Assembly: GCA_963768655.1 (NCBI GenBank)
Contig: CAVYIM010000003.1
Span: forward strand, 704,001 to 768,000
Reading direction: 5' to 3'
DNA: 64,000 bases
DNA from: an uncultured Chloroflexia bacterium
Lineage (GTDB): Bacteria > Chloroflexota > Limnocylindria > Limnocylindrales > CSP1-4
Positions 51,806 to 60,758 of this stretch are shown here, one piece after another; position 1 is the first letter of the stretch; every line of letters starts with the position of its first letter. The translations under genes and the position numbers were made by a program. Below the pieces are notes generated by a model. The model searched no databases and was not told the origin of the DNA. It saw nothing but the letters and a program-made list of their open reading frames with translations.

Positions 51806-53079
51806 CGGTCCGGAGTCCCCGAGGTCCGCCCGAAGATGCGCGGAATCCTGATCCTGGCGGGCCGGGGCAGCAGCGTGTCGATGGCGTCGTCGACGGTCAC
51901 GATGCCTTCGAGGTGGCCATCGTCGTCAACGACCGGCACCGCCAAAAGGTTGTAGCGGGCCACGACCTCGGTGACCTCTTCCTGACCGGCGTCGGTCTTG
52001 ACCGCGACAGGCTCGGCGTACATGAAGGTGGAGATGCGCGTGCTCGGCTTGGCGACGATCAGGTCTCGCAACGACAGGACGCCGACCAGCTTGCCGGCCT
52101 CGTCGGTCACGTACACGTAGTAGATCGTCTCGGCGTTGGGCTCGAGCTCTCGCAGGCGGTCGATCGTCTGGGCCGCCGTCAGGCTGGCCGGCACGGCCAC
52201 GAACTCGGTCGTCATGATGCCGCCGGCCGTGTCCTCCGCGTAGGTCATGAGCTCCTGGACTTCCTGCGCCTCGTCCTTCTCCATCAGGCCGAGGATCTCC
52301 TCGCGGCTCTCGTCCGACAGGTCGGCCACGAGGTCCGCCGCCTCGTCCGGATCCATCTCCTCCAGGATGTCGGCGGCGCGGGCGGGCTCCAGGTCCTCCA
52401 GGATGTCCACCTGAGTCTCGGGTTCCATCTCGCCGATGGCATCGGCTGCCGCCTCGTCGTCCAGGGACGAGATCACGCCGACTCGGTCGTTGCGGCTGAG
52501 CTGGTCGATGATCGTCGCCAGGTCCGCCGGGTGGAGCTCCGCCAGGCCCTTGTGGGGGACTCGCAGCTTGACGCTGGCGATCGTTCGCTCCACCGGATCG
52601 ACGTCCTCCCAGTCGATGTACCGCTCGGGGACTTCGCGGTGTAGACCGCGGGCGAGCGTCCGCCATGGCCCCTCGATGCCGAGCCGGCGAAGCAGGCCGG
52701 ACGCGCCGACGTCCACGGCGACCAGATGCAGCGCGCCTTCGACCTCGTCGAGCCGGAGGTCGTTGACGCGGACTACCTTGCGGCCGTCGATGTCGACGAT
52801 CTGGCGGTCCATCAGATCACGCTTGAGGCGAATCTCGTTGGGCCGCTGGTGGAACTTGCTGATGTCGATCGCGGTCGTCTGCAACGTGGCGCCGGTTGAG
52901 TCCAGCGACGCCACCGACTGCCACGCAAGGAAGATCTCCCGGCCGTTGGTCCTGACGACTATGCCGGTCACGGGCGGATACCGATCGCCGATGGCGACGA
53001 TGAGGTCGGCGACGGTTCCGATCGGCTCGCCCAGCTTGTCACGCACAGGCCGGCCGATCGCCTGGCTCAGATAGAGCAT
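51802..53079 (-). CDS. Cytosolic MgtE-like protein (PRC barrels + MgtE_N + CBS pair), no TM domain
   Basis: DRQIVDIDGRKVVRVND, LHPADLA, TAGGIMTTE, YYVYV..LVGVLSLRDL, GIVTVDDA. ATG 53079 follows GAGGTG. Confidence 0.88.
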   Translation of the reverse strand: MLYLSQAIGRPVRDKLGEPIGTVADLIVAIGDRYPPVTGIVVRTNGREIFLAWQSVASLDSTGATLQTTAIDISKFHQRPNEIRLKRDLMDRQIVDIDGRKVVRVNDLRLDEVEGALHLVAVDVGASGLLRRLGIEGPWRTLARGLHREVPERYIDWEDVDPVERTIASVKLRVPHKGLAELHPADLATIIDQLSRNDRVGVISSLDDEAAADAIGEMEPETQVDILEDLEPARAADILEEMDPDEAADLVADLSDESREEILGLMEKDEAQEVQELMTYAEDTAGGIMTTEFVAVPASLTAAQTIDRLRELEPNAETIYYVYVTDEAGKLVGVLSLRDLIVAKPSTRISTFMYAEPVAVKTDAGQEEVTEVVARYNLLAVPVVDDDGHLEGIVTVDDAIDTLLPRPARIRIPRIFGRTSGTPDR

Positions 53080-53081
53080 GT

Positions 53082-53131
53082 GCCACCTCGACGGCGGGTC
53101 TGCGGACGGGGCCCGACCCGCCCGAGGTGGC
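53082..53131 (-). promoter_or_regulatory. RBS-sequestering hairpin of the mgtE-like gene
   Basis: On the minus strand GCCACCTCG-GGCGGGTC pairs with GACCCGCC-GT-CGAGGTGGC, which contains the SD just before the ATG. Confidence 0.75.
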
Positions 53132-53302
53132 GCGCGCCGCAATGGGCGCGAACCGCTTAGAGGGCGAAGCGGACCAGAGAGCGAATGTCGGCGCCCCGGG
53201 CGCCGCAGGTACTGGGTCCGGTCTCCACTGAGGGAGAGATCCTCCGAAAGCGTGTTGGAACGGGCCGTAAGGCGCGGTTACATGCGCCTTCGACCACGTC
53301 GG

Positions 53303-53332
53303 AGTTTAGCCCCGGGTATGGGCGAGGGTCAA
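53303..53332 (-). promoter_or_regulatory. Sigma70-type promoter for the mgtE-like/NRAMP operon
   Basis: TTGACC-N18-TAAACT on the minus strand. Confidence 0.7.
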
Positions 53333-53384
53333 CGCGAACCGCGTCCGGAGATGGTGAACGTAAGTACGATTGCCGCGGGCCCGG

Positions 53385-54866
53385 ATGTACCCGCACCATG
53401 AGAGGGTGCGAGACGTCCGTTTACGCGACGCTTTCAATGTGGGCTCGTGGCTCCGCTTTCGGGGGGACGGCAGTTCGCCCGGATTCGACACGCAATCGAT
53501 CTCGCTGACGTGGACGTTGCTCTCCGTCGCGATAGCGCTCCTTCTCGGGCAGGCGTTGGTCGGTTTCGTGGTGGGCCGAAACAGCCTCGCCGATCTCGCC
53601 CTGGCGATCGCGACCGCGCTGCTGGTGGCCTCGGCCGTTCTGAATGCCCGCGCCTCGGGCATTCGCGCGGAGAGACGCCACTCCGAGTCCGAGAGCTTCG
53701 GCCGGCTCCTCCAGGCTCTGTCGCGATCCGTGTCGCCGAACGCGGTCATCGAGGCCATCGTGCATGAGCTCGGCACGGCGACGCGGGCGGACCACGTGGC
53801 GGTCGTGCAGAAGCGGCCCGGCGGCACCGTCCTCGACGTGAGTTTCGTGTCGATGCTGCCGGGATCGCCGGCCTCGAACACCGTCATGCCCGTTGGGCAG
53901 CTGGCGCCCGTCGAGACGCGAAAGCTGCGCATCGCGCCGCGGCCGGCGAGCGGTTCGGCTCCCGACGCCGGCGGATCGGGCGGTTGGAACGAAGAGGCGG
54001 ACGACGCGTCGGCGCGCGGGCGCTCTCTGCACTGGCAGTCCCAGGCCGAGCGGCGTCCGACCGACGACGGCCTCCGGAGACGCGGCTGGCGGCCGCCGGA
54101 GTTCATCGCTCCCGTCCAGGAGGATGGAGTGAACGCCCGCGACGTGGCCAACCAGATCGCCCACCGATTGCGGGATGCGTACGGCCTTCGGAATACTCTG
54201 GCCGCGCCTCTGCTGGAAGGCGATTCGATCGTCGGGGCGATCGTCCTTTCGCGCCGCACCAGCGAGCCGTGGACGGACTCTTCGGTCCGGCTGCTGAACA
54301 GCGCGGCCGGCGAGACGACGGCGGCGCTGGCCAGGGTCTACTCGCACCAGGCCGCCGAGGCGGAGGCGCGCACCGACCAGCTGACGCAGCTGCCGAACCG
54401 GCGCTACTTCGACGAGTACTGCACGCTCGTAGCCAGCCGCCGGCGGGCCACCGACCGGGTCGCGATTCTGGCCGTCGACGTCGACCACTTCAAGCGCGTC
54501 AACGACATGTACGGGCACCAGATCGGCGACCAGGTCCTGCGAGCCATCGGCGACGCGATTCAGGCGTCGGTCCGCGGCGAGGATCTGCCGGCCCGCTATG
54601 GCGGCGAGGAGTTCATGGTCCTGCTGCGGAACCCGAGCGCCGGCGTGGCCCTGGAGATCGGCGAGCGGATACGCACCACGGTACGGGAGCTGGACCTCGT
54701 CGACGCGGGCGTGACGGATCGCGTAACGGTTTCGCTGGGAGTGGCGTCCGGGCTCGCCAGCGACGAGTCGATCTCGGAGATCGTGGAGCGGGCGGACCGG
54801 GCGCTCTACGCGGCCAAGCGCACGGGCCGCGACCGGGTTGTGGAGGCCTGGCCTTCGGAGGGGTGA
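53385..54866 (+). CDS. Diguanylate cyclase (2 TM + GAF-like + GGDEF)
   Basis: TDQLTQLPNRRY, DVDHFKRVND.YGHQIGD, RGED I-site, RYGGEEF. Start uncertain. Confidence 0.9.
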   Translation: MYPHHERVRDVRLRDAFNVGSWLRFRGDGSSPGFDTQSISLTWTLLSVAIALLLGQALVGFVVGRNSLADLALAIATALLVASAVLNARASGIRAERRHSESESFGRLLQALSRSVSPNAVIEAIVHELGTATRADHVAVVQKRPGGTVLDVSFVSMLPGSPASNTVMPVGQLAPVETRKLRIAPRPASGSAPDAGGSGGWNEEADDASARGRSLHWQSQAERRPTDDGLRRRGWRPPEFIAPVQEDGVNARDVANQIAHRLRDAYGLRNTLAAPLLEGDSIVGAIVLSRRTSEPWTDSSVRLLNSAAGETTAALARVYSHQAAEAEARTDQLTQLPNRRYFDEYCTLVASRRRATDRVAILAVDVDHFKRVNDMYGHQIGDQVLRAIGDAIQASVRGEDLPARYGGEEFMVLLRNPSAGVALEIGERIRTTVRELDLVDAGVTDRVTVSLGVASGLASDESISEIVERADRALYAAKRTGRDRVVEAWPSEG

Positions 54867-54894
54867 CGCCGCCGGCTGGGGCTACCATTCGGGC

Positions 54895-56788
54895 GTGGAG
54901 CCTTCGCCCTCAGCCGAGCCTTCGCCCTCAGCCGAGCCTTCGGCCAGGGTCGAGCTTTCGCCGGCCGCCCTTTCGAACGGCGAGCTGGCGCGCATCTTCC
55001 ATGAGATCGGCGACATGCTCGAAGTCAAGGGCGAGCTCGTCTTCAAGACCGTGGCCTACCACAAGGCAGCCGACGCGATCGCGCATTCGCCCGTGGAGGT
55101 TTCGCGCGCCTACCTGGACGGCCGGCCGCCGCGGATCCCGGGCGTCGGTGAGGCGATCGCGAAGAAGATCGAAGAGCTGGCCCGAACCGGCCACCTGGCT
55201 TTCTACGAGCGGTTGCGCGAGGAGGTGCCGCCCAGTCTGGTGGCGTTGCTGGAGATCCCCGGTGTCGGGCCGCGGACGGTCAAGCAGCTGCACGAGGAGC
55301 TGGCCGTCGAGACGCTGGACGATCTCCGGCGGGCGGCGGAGGCAGGCGCCCTGCGGTCGCTCAAGGGCATGTCGGCCAAGACGGAGGAACAGATCCTGGC
55401 CGGCATCGCGGCCCTGGAGACGCGCCAGGAACGGATGCGTCTGGGCCAGGCCGAGGCAATAGTCGAGACTCTTCTGGCCGAGCTCTCCGATGTACCGGGG
55501 TTGCGCTCGCTGACGCCGGCGGGGTCCTTCCGCCGCCGCCGCGAGACGATCGGCGACCTCGACCTACTGGCGGAGACCGATCGACCGGCCGAGCTGGTGG
55601 AGCGGTTCACCACTCTCGGATCGGTCGAGTCGGTGCTGGCCAAGGGGCCGCACAAGGCCGCCGTTCGTCTGCTGCGTGGGCCCCAGGTGGATCTGATGAT
55701 CATGCCGCCCGGGGAGGCGGGCACGTACCTGATCCACTTCACCGGGTCGAAGGAACACAACGTCCGGCTGCGCGGGATGGCCCGCGACCGCGGCTGGAGC
55801 CTCTCAGAGAAAGGCTATCTGCGGCTCAATGAGGAGGGCGAGCCGGCGCTGGGGGAGTCCGGCGAGGCGGCCGAGCTCCGAACCTTCCCGACCGAGGCGG
55901 ACGCCTACGGCTTCCTCGGCCTGCCTTTCATCGAGCCCGAACTGCGCGAGGATCGAGGCGAGATCGAGGCGGCGATCGCGGGGACGCTGCCCGTGCTCGT
56001 GGCCCGTACCGACCTGCGCGGCGATTGCCACAGCCACTCCGACTGGTCGGACGGAGTGCACTCGATAGAGCAGATGGCGCTGGCGGCGCGGCGGCGCGGC
56101 TACTCCTACCTGGCCCTCACCGACCACACCGTCAGCCTGGCGATCGCCCGCGGGCTGGATCTCGAGCGGGTGGAGCGGCAGCGCCGGATCGTGGCGGCCC
56201 TGAACGAGCGGTTCGCCCGCGAGGAGGCCGACGGCACGGCTCCACCGGAGACGTCGACTGAGGGCTTCCGGCTGCTGCACGGCTGCGAGCTCGAGGTCCG
56301 CGCCGACGCCACGCTCGACTACCCGGACGAGCTGCTGGCTCGCTACGACCTGGTCGTCGCCTCGGTCCACGTCGCCCGGCGTCAGACGCGCCAGCAACTG
56401 ACGGCTCGAACCCTCGCCGCCATCGGCAACCCCAACGTCGACATCATCGCCCACCCGGCCGGGCGCTACATCGGCAGCCGCGACGACCTCGATCTCGACT
56501 GGGACGCCGTCTTCGCCGAGGCCGCCCGGACCGGCACCGCACTCGAGCTGAACGGCTCGGACGAACGGCTGGATCTCTCGGACGTTCGAGCCCGGCGAGC
56601 TGCCGAGTTCGGGTGCGTCTTCGTGGTCGAATTCAGACGCTCACCGCACCGAGGAGCTGGACAACCTTCGTTGGGGCACCGCCATGGCCCGCCGAGCCTG
56701 GCTCGGGCCCGATCGGGTGATGAACACCCGCTCCCGCGCTGAGCTTCTGGACTGGGCCGCCGCGAAGCCGGGGCGGCTGCATCCATGA
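54895..56788 (+). CDS. polX: DNA polymerase X / PHP exonuclease, with a +1 frameshift at ~56630
   Basis: IPGVG HhH, GSFRRRRETIGDLD, HFTGSKEHN, HSHSDWSDG, TDH. The shifted frame restores (D/N)SDAH...VMNT and ends at the ATGA overlap 56785-56788. GTG 54895 is 6 nt after TACCAT. Confidence 0.9.
54898..54942 (+). repeat. 18-bp tandem repeat (2.5 copies) encoding EPSPSA at the PolX N-terminus
   Basis: GAGCCTTCGCCCTCAGCC x2 + GAGCCTTCG. Confidence 0.85.
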
Positions 56789-57675
56789 CCGCGGCGACGG
56801 CCCGTCCTGGGCTCGGCTCGGAGACCCGCTCCGCGCCGCTGATCCAGTCGGTCACGTACCATGCCCAGATGCAGCAACGCAACGGAGCCCGCGAGCTCGG
56901 GCTGGTCGTGGCCATGCTGGCGGCCTTCAGCCGGTTCGTCACGGATGCGCCGCTGTGGCTGGCGACCGGTCTGGTGGCGCTCGCGGCAGCCGCCGGTACT
57001 GCGAGCCTCCTCGGCGAGGTGCGGCCGTGGCGCTGGCCGCTGGATCGCATCTCGCTCCCGGCCACGGCAGCGTTCGTGTCGGTGGGGGCGGCCCGCCTCG
57101 GCGACCCTGTGCCGTGGCTGGCCGTCGCCTTCGCCGGCTCGTGGGCGCTCACGTGGTGGGTCGTCTCGATCGAGACGGCATCGGGCACGGCAGGCGGAGA
57201 GCCCGGTTCGGTCGCGCCCGACGGCACTCACGCTCGGCCGACTGCCGCGCGTCTCGGTGCCTTCGGGCTGGCGTTTCTTGGTTACGCCGCCATCGGCGGC
57301 ATCGTCCCTGGGGCCGTAGCCGAGCACGGACACCCGCTCTCGATCGCTGCGTTCCTGGCCACCATCGTGCTGGACGTGGCGATCGGAGGTCTCGCCGGCT
57401 ACCGTATCGCGGCCGTGCGGCCCCACACGCCGGGCGAAGTCGCCGTGGCCTTCTACCAGTACTCGATGGTCGTGGCTCCGGTCGGCGTCCTGGTCCGGGT
57501 GCTCGCGCTGCCGCGGCTCTTCGGCCCCGCGGTGCTGACGCTGGCCACGTATGTCGTGACGTCGCTGCGCGAGTCGGACGAGCCCGTCCGCTTCAATGCC
57601 CGACTCCTCGAGGAGACGGGAGTGCTCATCCTCGCCGGCGCGGCGGTGGTGGCCCTCGGCCTGCTCGTGAAGTAG
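56785..57675 (+). CDS. Hypothetical polytopic membrane protein coupled to polX
   Basis: About 9 hydrophobic segments; ATGA overlap with the restored polX stop. Confidence 0.75.
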   Translation: MTAATARPGLGSETRSAPLIQSVTYHAQMQQRNGARELGLVVAMLAAFSRFVTDAPLWLATGLVALAAAAGTASLLGEVRPWRWPLDRISLPATAAFVSVGAARLGDPVPWLAVAFAGSWALTWWVVSIETASGTAGGEPGSVAPDGTHARPTAARLGAFGLAFLGYAAIGGIVPGAVAEHGHPLSIAAFLATIVLDVAIGGLAGYRIAAVRPHTPGEVAVAFYQYSMVVAPVGVLVRVLALPRLFGPAVLTLATYVVTSLRESDEPVRFNARLLEETGVLILAGAAVVALGLLVK

Positions 57676-57775
57676 GAGCGCGGGCAGGCGGGCGAGTGGC
57701 CGCCGGGGGCGGACGGTGTATCGGCGACCCGGCCGGCAACGTCACGCCAGGGGACGGCGAGCAGAGTGTCGGAAC

Positions 57776-59041
57776 CTACGGCTGGAAGATCTCGGCGGAG
57801 GCAACTGCCCAGGGGTCCTCGTTGGGGCCACCTCCGGCGATCAGGATCCGGCCATCGGCCAGAGTGGTGGCAGTGTGGCCCTGGCGGGCTGTGAACATTG
57901 GGCCAATGGCCGCAAAGGTTCCCGTGGCCGGGCTGAACAGCTCGGCCGAGCTGAGCGCCGCAGATGCGTCCATTCCACCCGCAACGAGGACCAGGCCGGT
58001 GGCCAGGAGGTTGGCCGTGTGGCCGATGCGGGCGCTCGTCATCGCACCTGTGGGGCTGAAAGTACCAGTGCGTGGGTCGTACAACTCCGCGCTGGAGAAT
58101 GGATTACCAAAATCCGAGCCGCCGGCAATCAGAACGCGGCCGTCGGCGAGCAGAGTTGCCGTATGGGCGTAGCGACCCCTGCTCATCGAGCCGGTCGGAG
58201 AGAACCTGCCAGTTCGAGGGTCGTACAACTCGGCAGTAGACGTGACCGACAGCCCGCCCTCGTCGCCTCCAGCAATCAGGACGCGGCTGTCGGCCAGAAG
58301 AGTGGCGGTTTGACCCTCGCGCGCCAGATTCATTGATCCCGTGCGGGTGAACCTGCCGCTCGTCGGGTCATAGATCTCGGCGGAGGCGACTGGAACCCCG
58401 CCATTCTGGCCACCCGTTATGAGGACGCGGCCGTCTGCAAGCAGAGTGGCCGTTTGGTTGTCTCGAGACTCGTGCATAGATCCGGTCCTGGTGAACCTGC
58501 CGGTCTGGGGGTCATACAGTTCAGCCGTGGCGATCTCCGCCAGACCCGTGCAGACGCCGCAGCTCCCAGAGTAGGTCGCGAAGCCAACTCCGCCTGTGAC
58601 GAGCACGCGACCGTCGAGGAGCAGGGTCGCTGTGTGGTTCTCGCGAGCGTCGTGGAGCGAACCGGTCGAGGTGAAGGTGCCTGTCTTTGGGTCGTACAGC
58701 TCGGCGGAGGCGAGGGGCTGCGGGTAACTGTCACCTCCTGCGCCGCCGCCGACTATGAGCACGCGGCCGTCGGACAGCAGTGTGGCGGTTTGCTCGACCC
58801 TGGCCGTCGTCATCGAGCCTGTCGCCGTGAATGTGGGTGGCGGAGTCTGTATGGCGCTCGGAGAGGGCGTCAGGGTCGGGGCGGGCGTCGGACTCGAACT
58901 CGGACGCGGCGATTGAATAGGAGTGGCGCTCTGTGTCGGCGATCCAGTGGCTGAGCCTGCTGAACAGCCGGCCATCAGGAGGATCAGTAGCACGGCTAGC
59001 CCCGAACCGACACGTGGCCTACCCTGCACCACCGAGGTCAT
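57776..59041 (-). CDS. Kelch-repeat beta-propeller lipoprotein
   Basis: Six R..HTATLL.DGRVL..GG...AELYDP repeats; lipobox MAGC; S/T/P linker. ATG 59041 follows GGGGAG. Confidence 0.9.
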   Translation of the reverse strand: MTSVVQGRPRVGSGLAVLLILLMAGCSAGSATGSPTQSATPIQSPRPSSSPTPAPTLTPSPSAIQTPPPTFTATGSMTTARVEQTATLLSDGRVLIVGGGAGGDSYPQPLASAELYDPKTGTFTSTGSLHDARENHTATLLLDGRVLVTGGVGFATYSGSCGVCTGLAEIATAELYDPQTGRFTRTGSMHESRDNQTATLLADGRVLITGGQNGGVPVASAEIYDPTSGRFTRTGSMNLAREGQTATLLADSRVLIAGGDEGGLSVTSTAELYDPRTGRFSPTGSMSRGRYAHTATLLADGRVLIAGGSDFGNPFSSAELYDPRTGTFSPTGAMTSARIGHTANLLATGLVLVAGGMDASAALSSAELFSPATGTFAAIGPMFTARQGHTATTLADGRILIAGGGPNEDPWAVASAEIFQP

Positions 59042-59237
59042 CCGCGACTCCCCGTCAGATGCGACGGCGCCAAGCGTCGCCCTGGCGCTCAGTATGGCCC
59101 TTGCTCGCAATGCGACTGTGGCGCCAAACGTACGGAGATCGCGGCCGACCGGCTGGCAGTATCGGCGGTGGCGGGGGCGTCACTCCCCTGCGCTACTCCC
59201 CGTGCGGGGCGGGCCCGCGGCGTCGATACTGCTCGCC

Positions 59238-60023
59238 ATGATCCGACGCGTGACCGCCACCCGCTACGTGACGCCGCTGCGCGAGGGTGGCTCTCTGCCC
59301 GCGATCGTCGAGGCCGACGACGACGGCCTGTACGTGGCCAAGTTCCGTGGCGCCGGCCATGGTGAGAAGGCGCTCGTCGCGGAGCTGGTCGCGGGCGAGA
59401 TCGGACGCGCCTTGGGCCTGCTCGTGCCGGAGATCGTGCTCGTGGACTTTGACGCCCGCCTGGCGGCCGCCGAGCCCGACGCGGAGATCCGGGAACTGCT
59501 CCAGCGGAGCAGCGGCCTCAACGTAGGGTTGGACTTCCTCCCGGGCGCGCTGGGGTTCGATCCGGCCGCCGGCTTCCGGCCCCCGCCCGACCTTTCCGCA
59601 GACGTCGTCTGGTTCGACGCTTTCGTAACCAACGTCGACCGCGACGCCCGGAACACGAACATGCTCGTGTGGCACAAGCGGCTGTGGTTGATCGACCATG
59701 GCTCGGCGCTGTACATCCACCACAGCTGGCGCGATCCGGCCGGCCACGCCCGCCGGCCGATGGCCGAGATCGCGAGGAACGTGCTCCTGCCGTATTCGAG
59801 CTCGATCCTCGAGGCAGACGAACGGCTGGCGTCGAAGCTCACGCCCGAGCTTCTGGCCGAGATAGTCGCGGCGGTGCCCGACGACTGGCTGCCGCCCGAT
59901 CCCGCCAGGCCCGAGCTGGCCACCGCGGCGGCACATCGGGCCGCGTACCGAGACTATCTGGAGCGTCGGATCGCCGCGCCGCGGGCGTTCGCGCAGGAGG
60001 CGGAACGTGCCCGCGTCGCGTAG
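59238..60023 (+). CDS. HipA-like kinase
   Basis: RYVTPLREGGSLP, YVAKFRGAG, WFDAFVTNVDR..RNTNML, LIDHG. ATG 59238 is 7 nt after GATACT; the ORF-track start at 58923 is over-extended. Confidence 0.85.
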   Translation: MIRRVTATRYVTPLREGGSLPAIVEADDDGLYVAKFRGAGHGEKALVAELVAGEIGRALGLLVPEIVLVDFDARLAAAEPDAEIRELLQRSSGLNVGLDFLPGALGFDPAAGFRPPPDLSADVVWFDAFVTNVDRDARNTNMLVWHKRLWLIDHGSALYIHHSWRDPAGHARRPMAEIARNVLLPYSSSILEADERLASKLTPELLAEIVAAVPDDWLPPDPARPELATAAAHRAAYRDYLERRIAAPRAFAQEAERARVA

Positions 60024-60408
60024 TCCCTTCGCGTACACCGTGCTTCGGGCCGTGCCGCACGTGGACCGGGGCGAGTTCATCAACGTCGGCGTCGTCCTGT
60101 TCTGTCGAGAGAAGAGGTTCCTGGGGGCGCGGATCGGGCTGGATCAGGCGCGCCTCGCGGCGCTCGAGCCCGACTGCGACGCGGCCGCGATCCGGACCCA
60201 GCTCGAAGCCGTCGTTCGAGTGGCCGAAGGCGACGCGGACGCCGGCCCGATCGCCCGCCTCTCCCAGTCCCAGCGATTCCACTGGATCTCCTCACCGCAC
60301 AGTACGGTCGTCCAGCGTTCGGAAGCCCACACGGGCTTGACCGACGATCCGGCGGCCACGCTCGAACACCTCTTCCGGACCCTGGTCGCTGCACCGGGAT
60401 CGACCTGA
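60007..60408 (+). CDS. DUF3037 domain protein
   Basis: FAYTVLRAVP.VDRGEFINVGV, RFHWI.SP.STVVQ.S..HTG; overlaps the kinase stop by 17 nt. Confidence 0.88.
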   Translation: MPASRSPFAYTVLRAVPHVDRGEFINVGVVLFCREKRFLGARIGLDQARLAALEPDCDAAAIRTQLEAVVRVAEGDADAGPIARLSQSQRFHWISSPHSTVVQRSEAHTGLTDDPAATLEHLFRTLVAAPGST

Positions 60409-60592
60409 TCGCGGGCGCCCCCGGCCGGGGCCTGGCGCACCGCGCCGCTTCTTGCCGATTTCACATCACGACGACATCGGGCCGCCGACCACGGCCTTGC
60501 CGCATGTCGCCCTGGAGCTTGAATCAGGGAACCCTCGACGCGAACCCTGCCGCCGCGAACCTGCCCCGCCTCACGTTCGCGCTCGCCCCGCG

Positions 60593-60621
60593 TTGACAGT
60601 GTTCGCGGGGGATGCTAGAAA
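60593..60621 (+). promoter_or_regulatory. Sigma70-type promoter
   Basis: TTGACA-N17-TAGAAA with TG extended -10. Confidence 0.7.
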
Positions 60622-60758
60622 GCATGGTCCGGGCGGGTTCGCTCCCGTCGGAATTGGCGTGCCTCCAGCGAGGCGGCAACCCGTCGTCTCGCAGCCCATC
60701 GCAGCACGGCTCATCGCCGCGCGTCGGTCCGGCGCAGTTGACGAAAGGAACCTCATCC

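Noticed and set aside
39127-51955. Very long alternative ORFs (e.g. 49043..51955 +, 49581..51638 -, 42847..44922 -, 47086..48978 -, 40331..42214 -)
   Set aside because: They are antisense or off-frame shadows of recognisable genes, expected at this GC content.
53080-53302. M-box (ykoK) or yybP-ykoY riboswitch expected upstream of metal transporters
   Set aside because: Conserved cores such as UAGGUGAGGC or GGGGAGUAGC are not seen, so it is reported as an unknown leader instead.
57776-58830. Periodic DNA similarity suggesting a repeat array
   Set aside because: Explained by kelch protein repeats.
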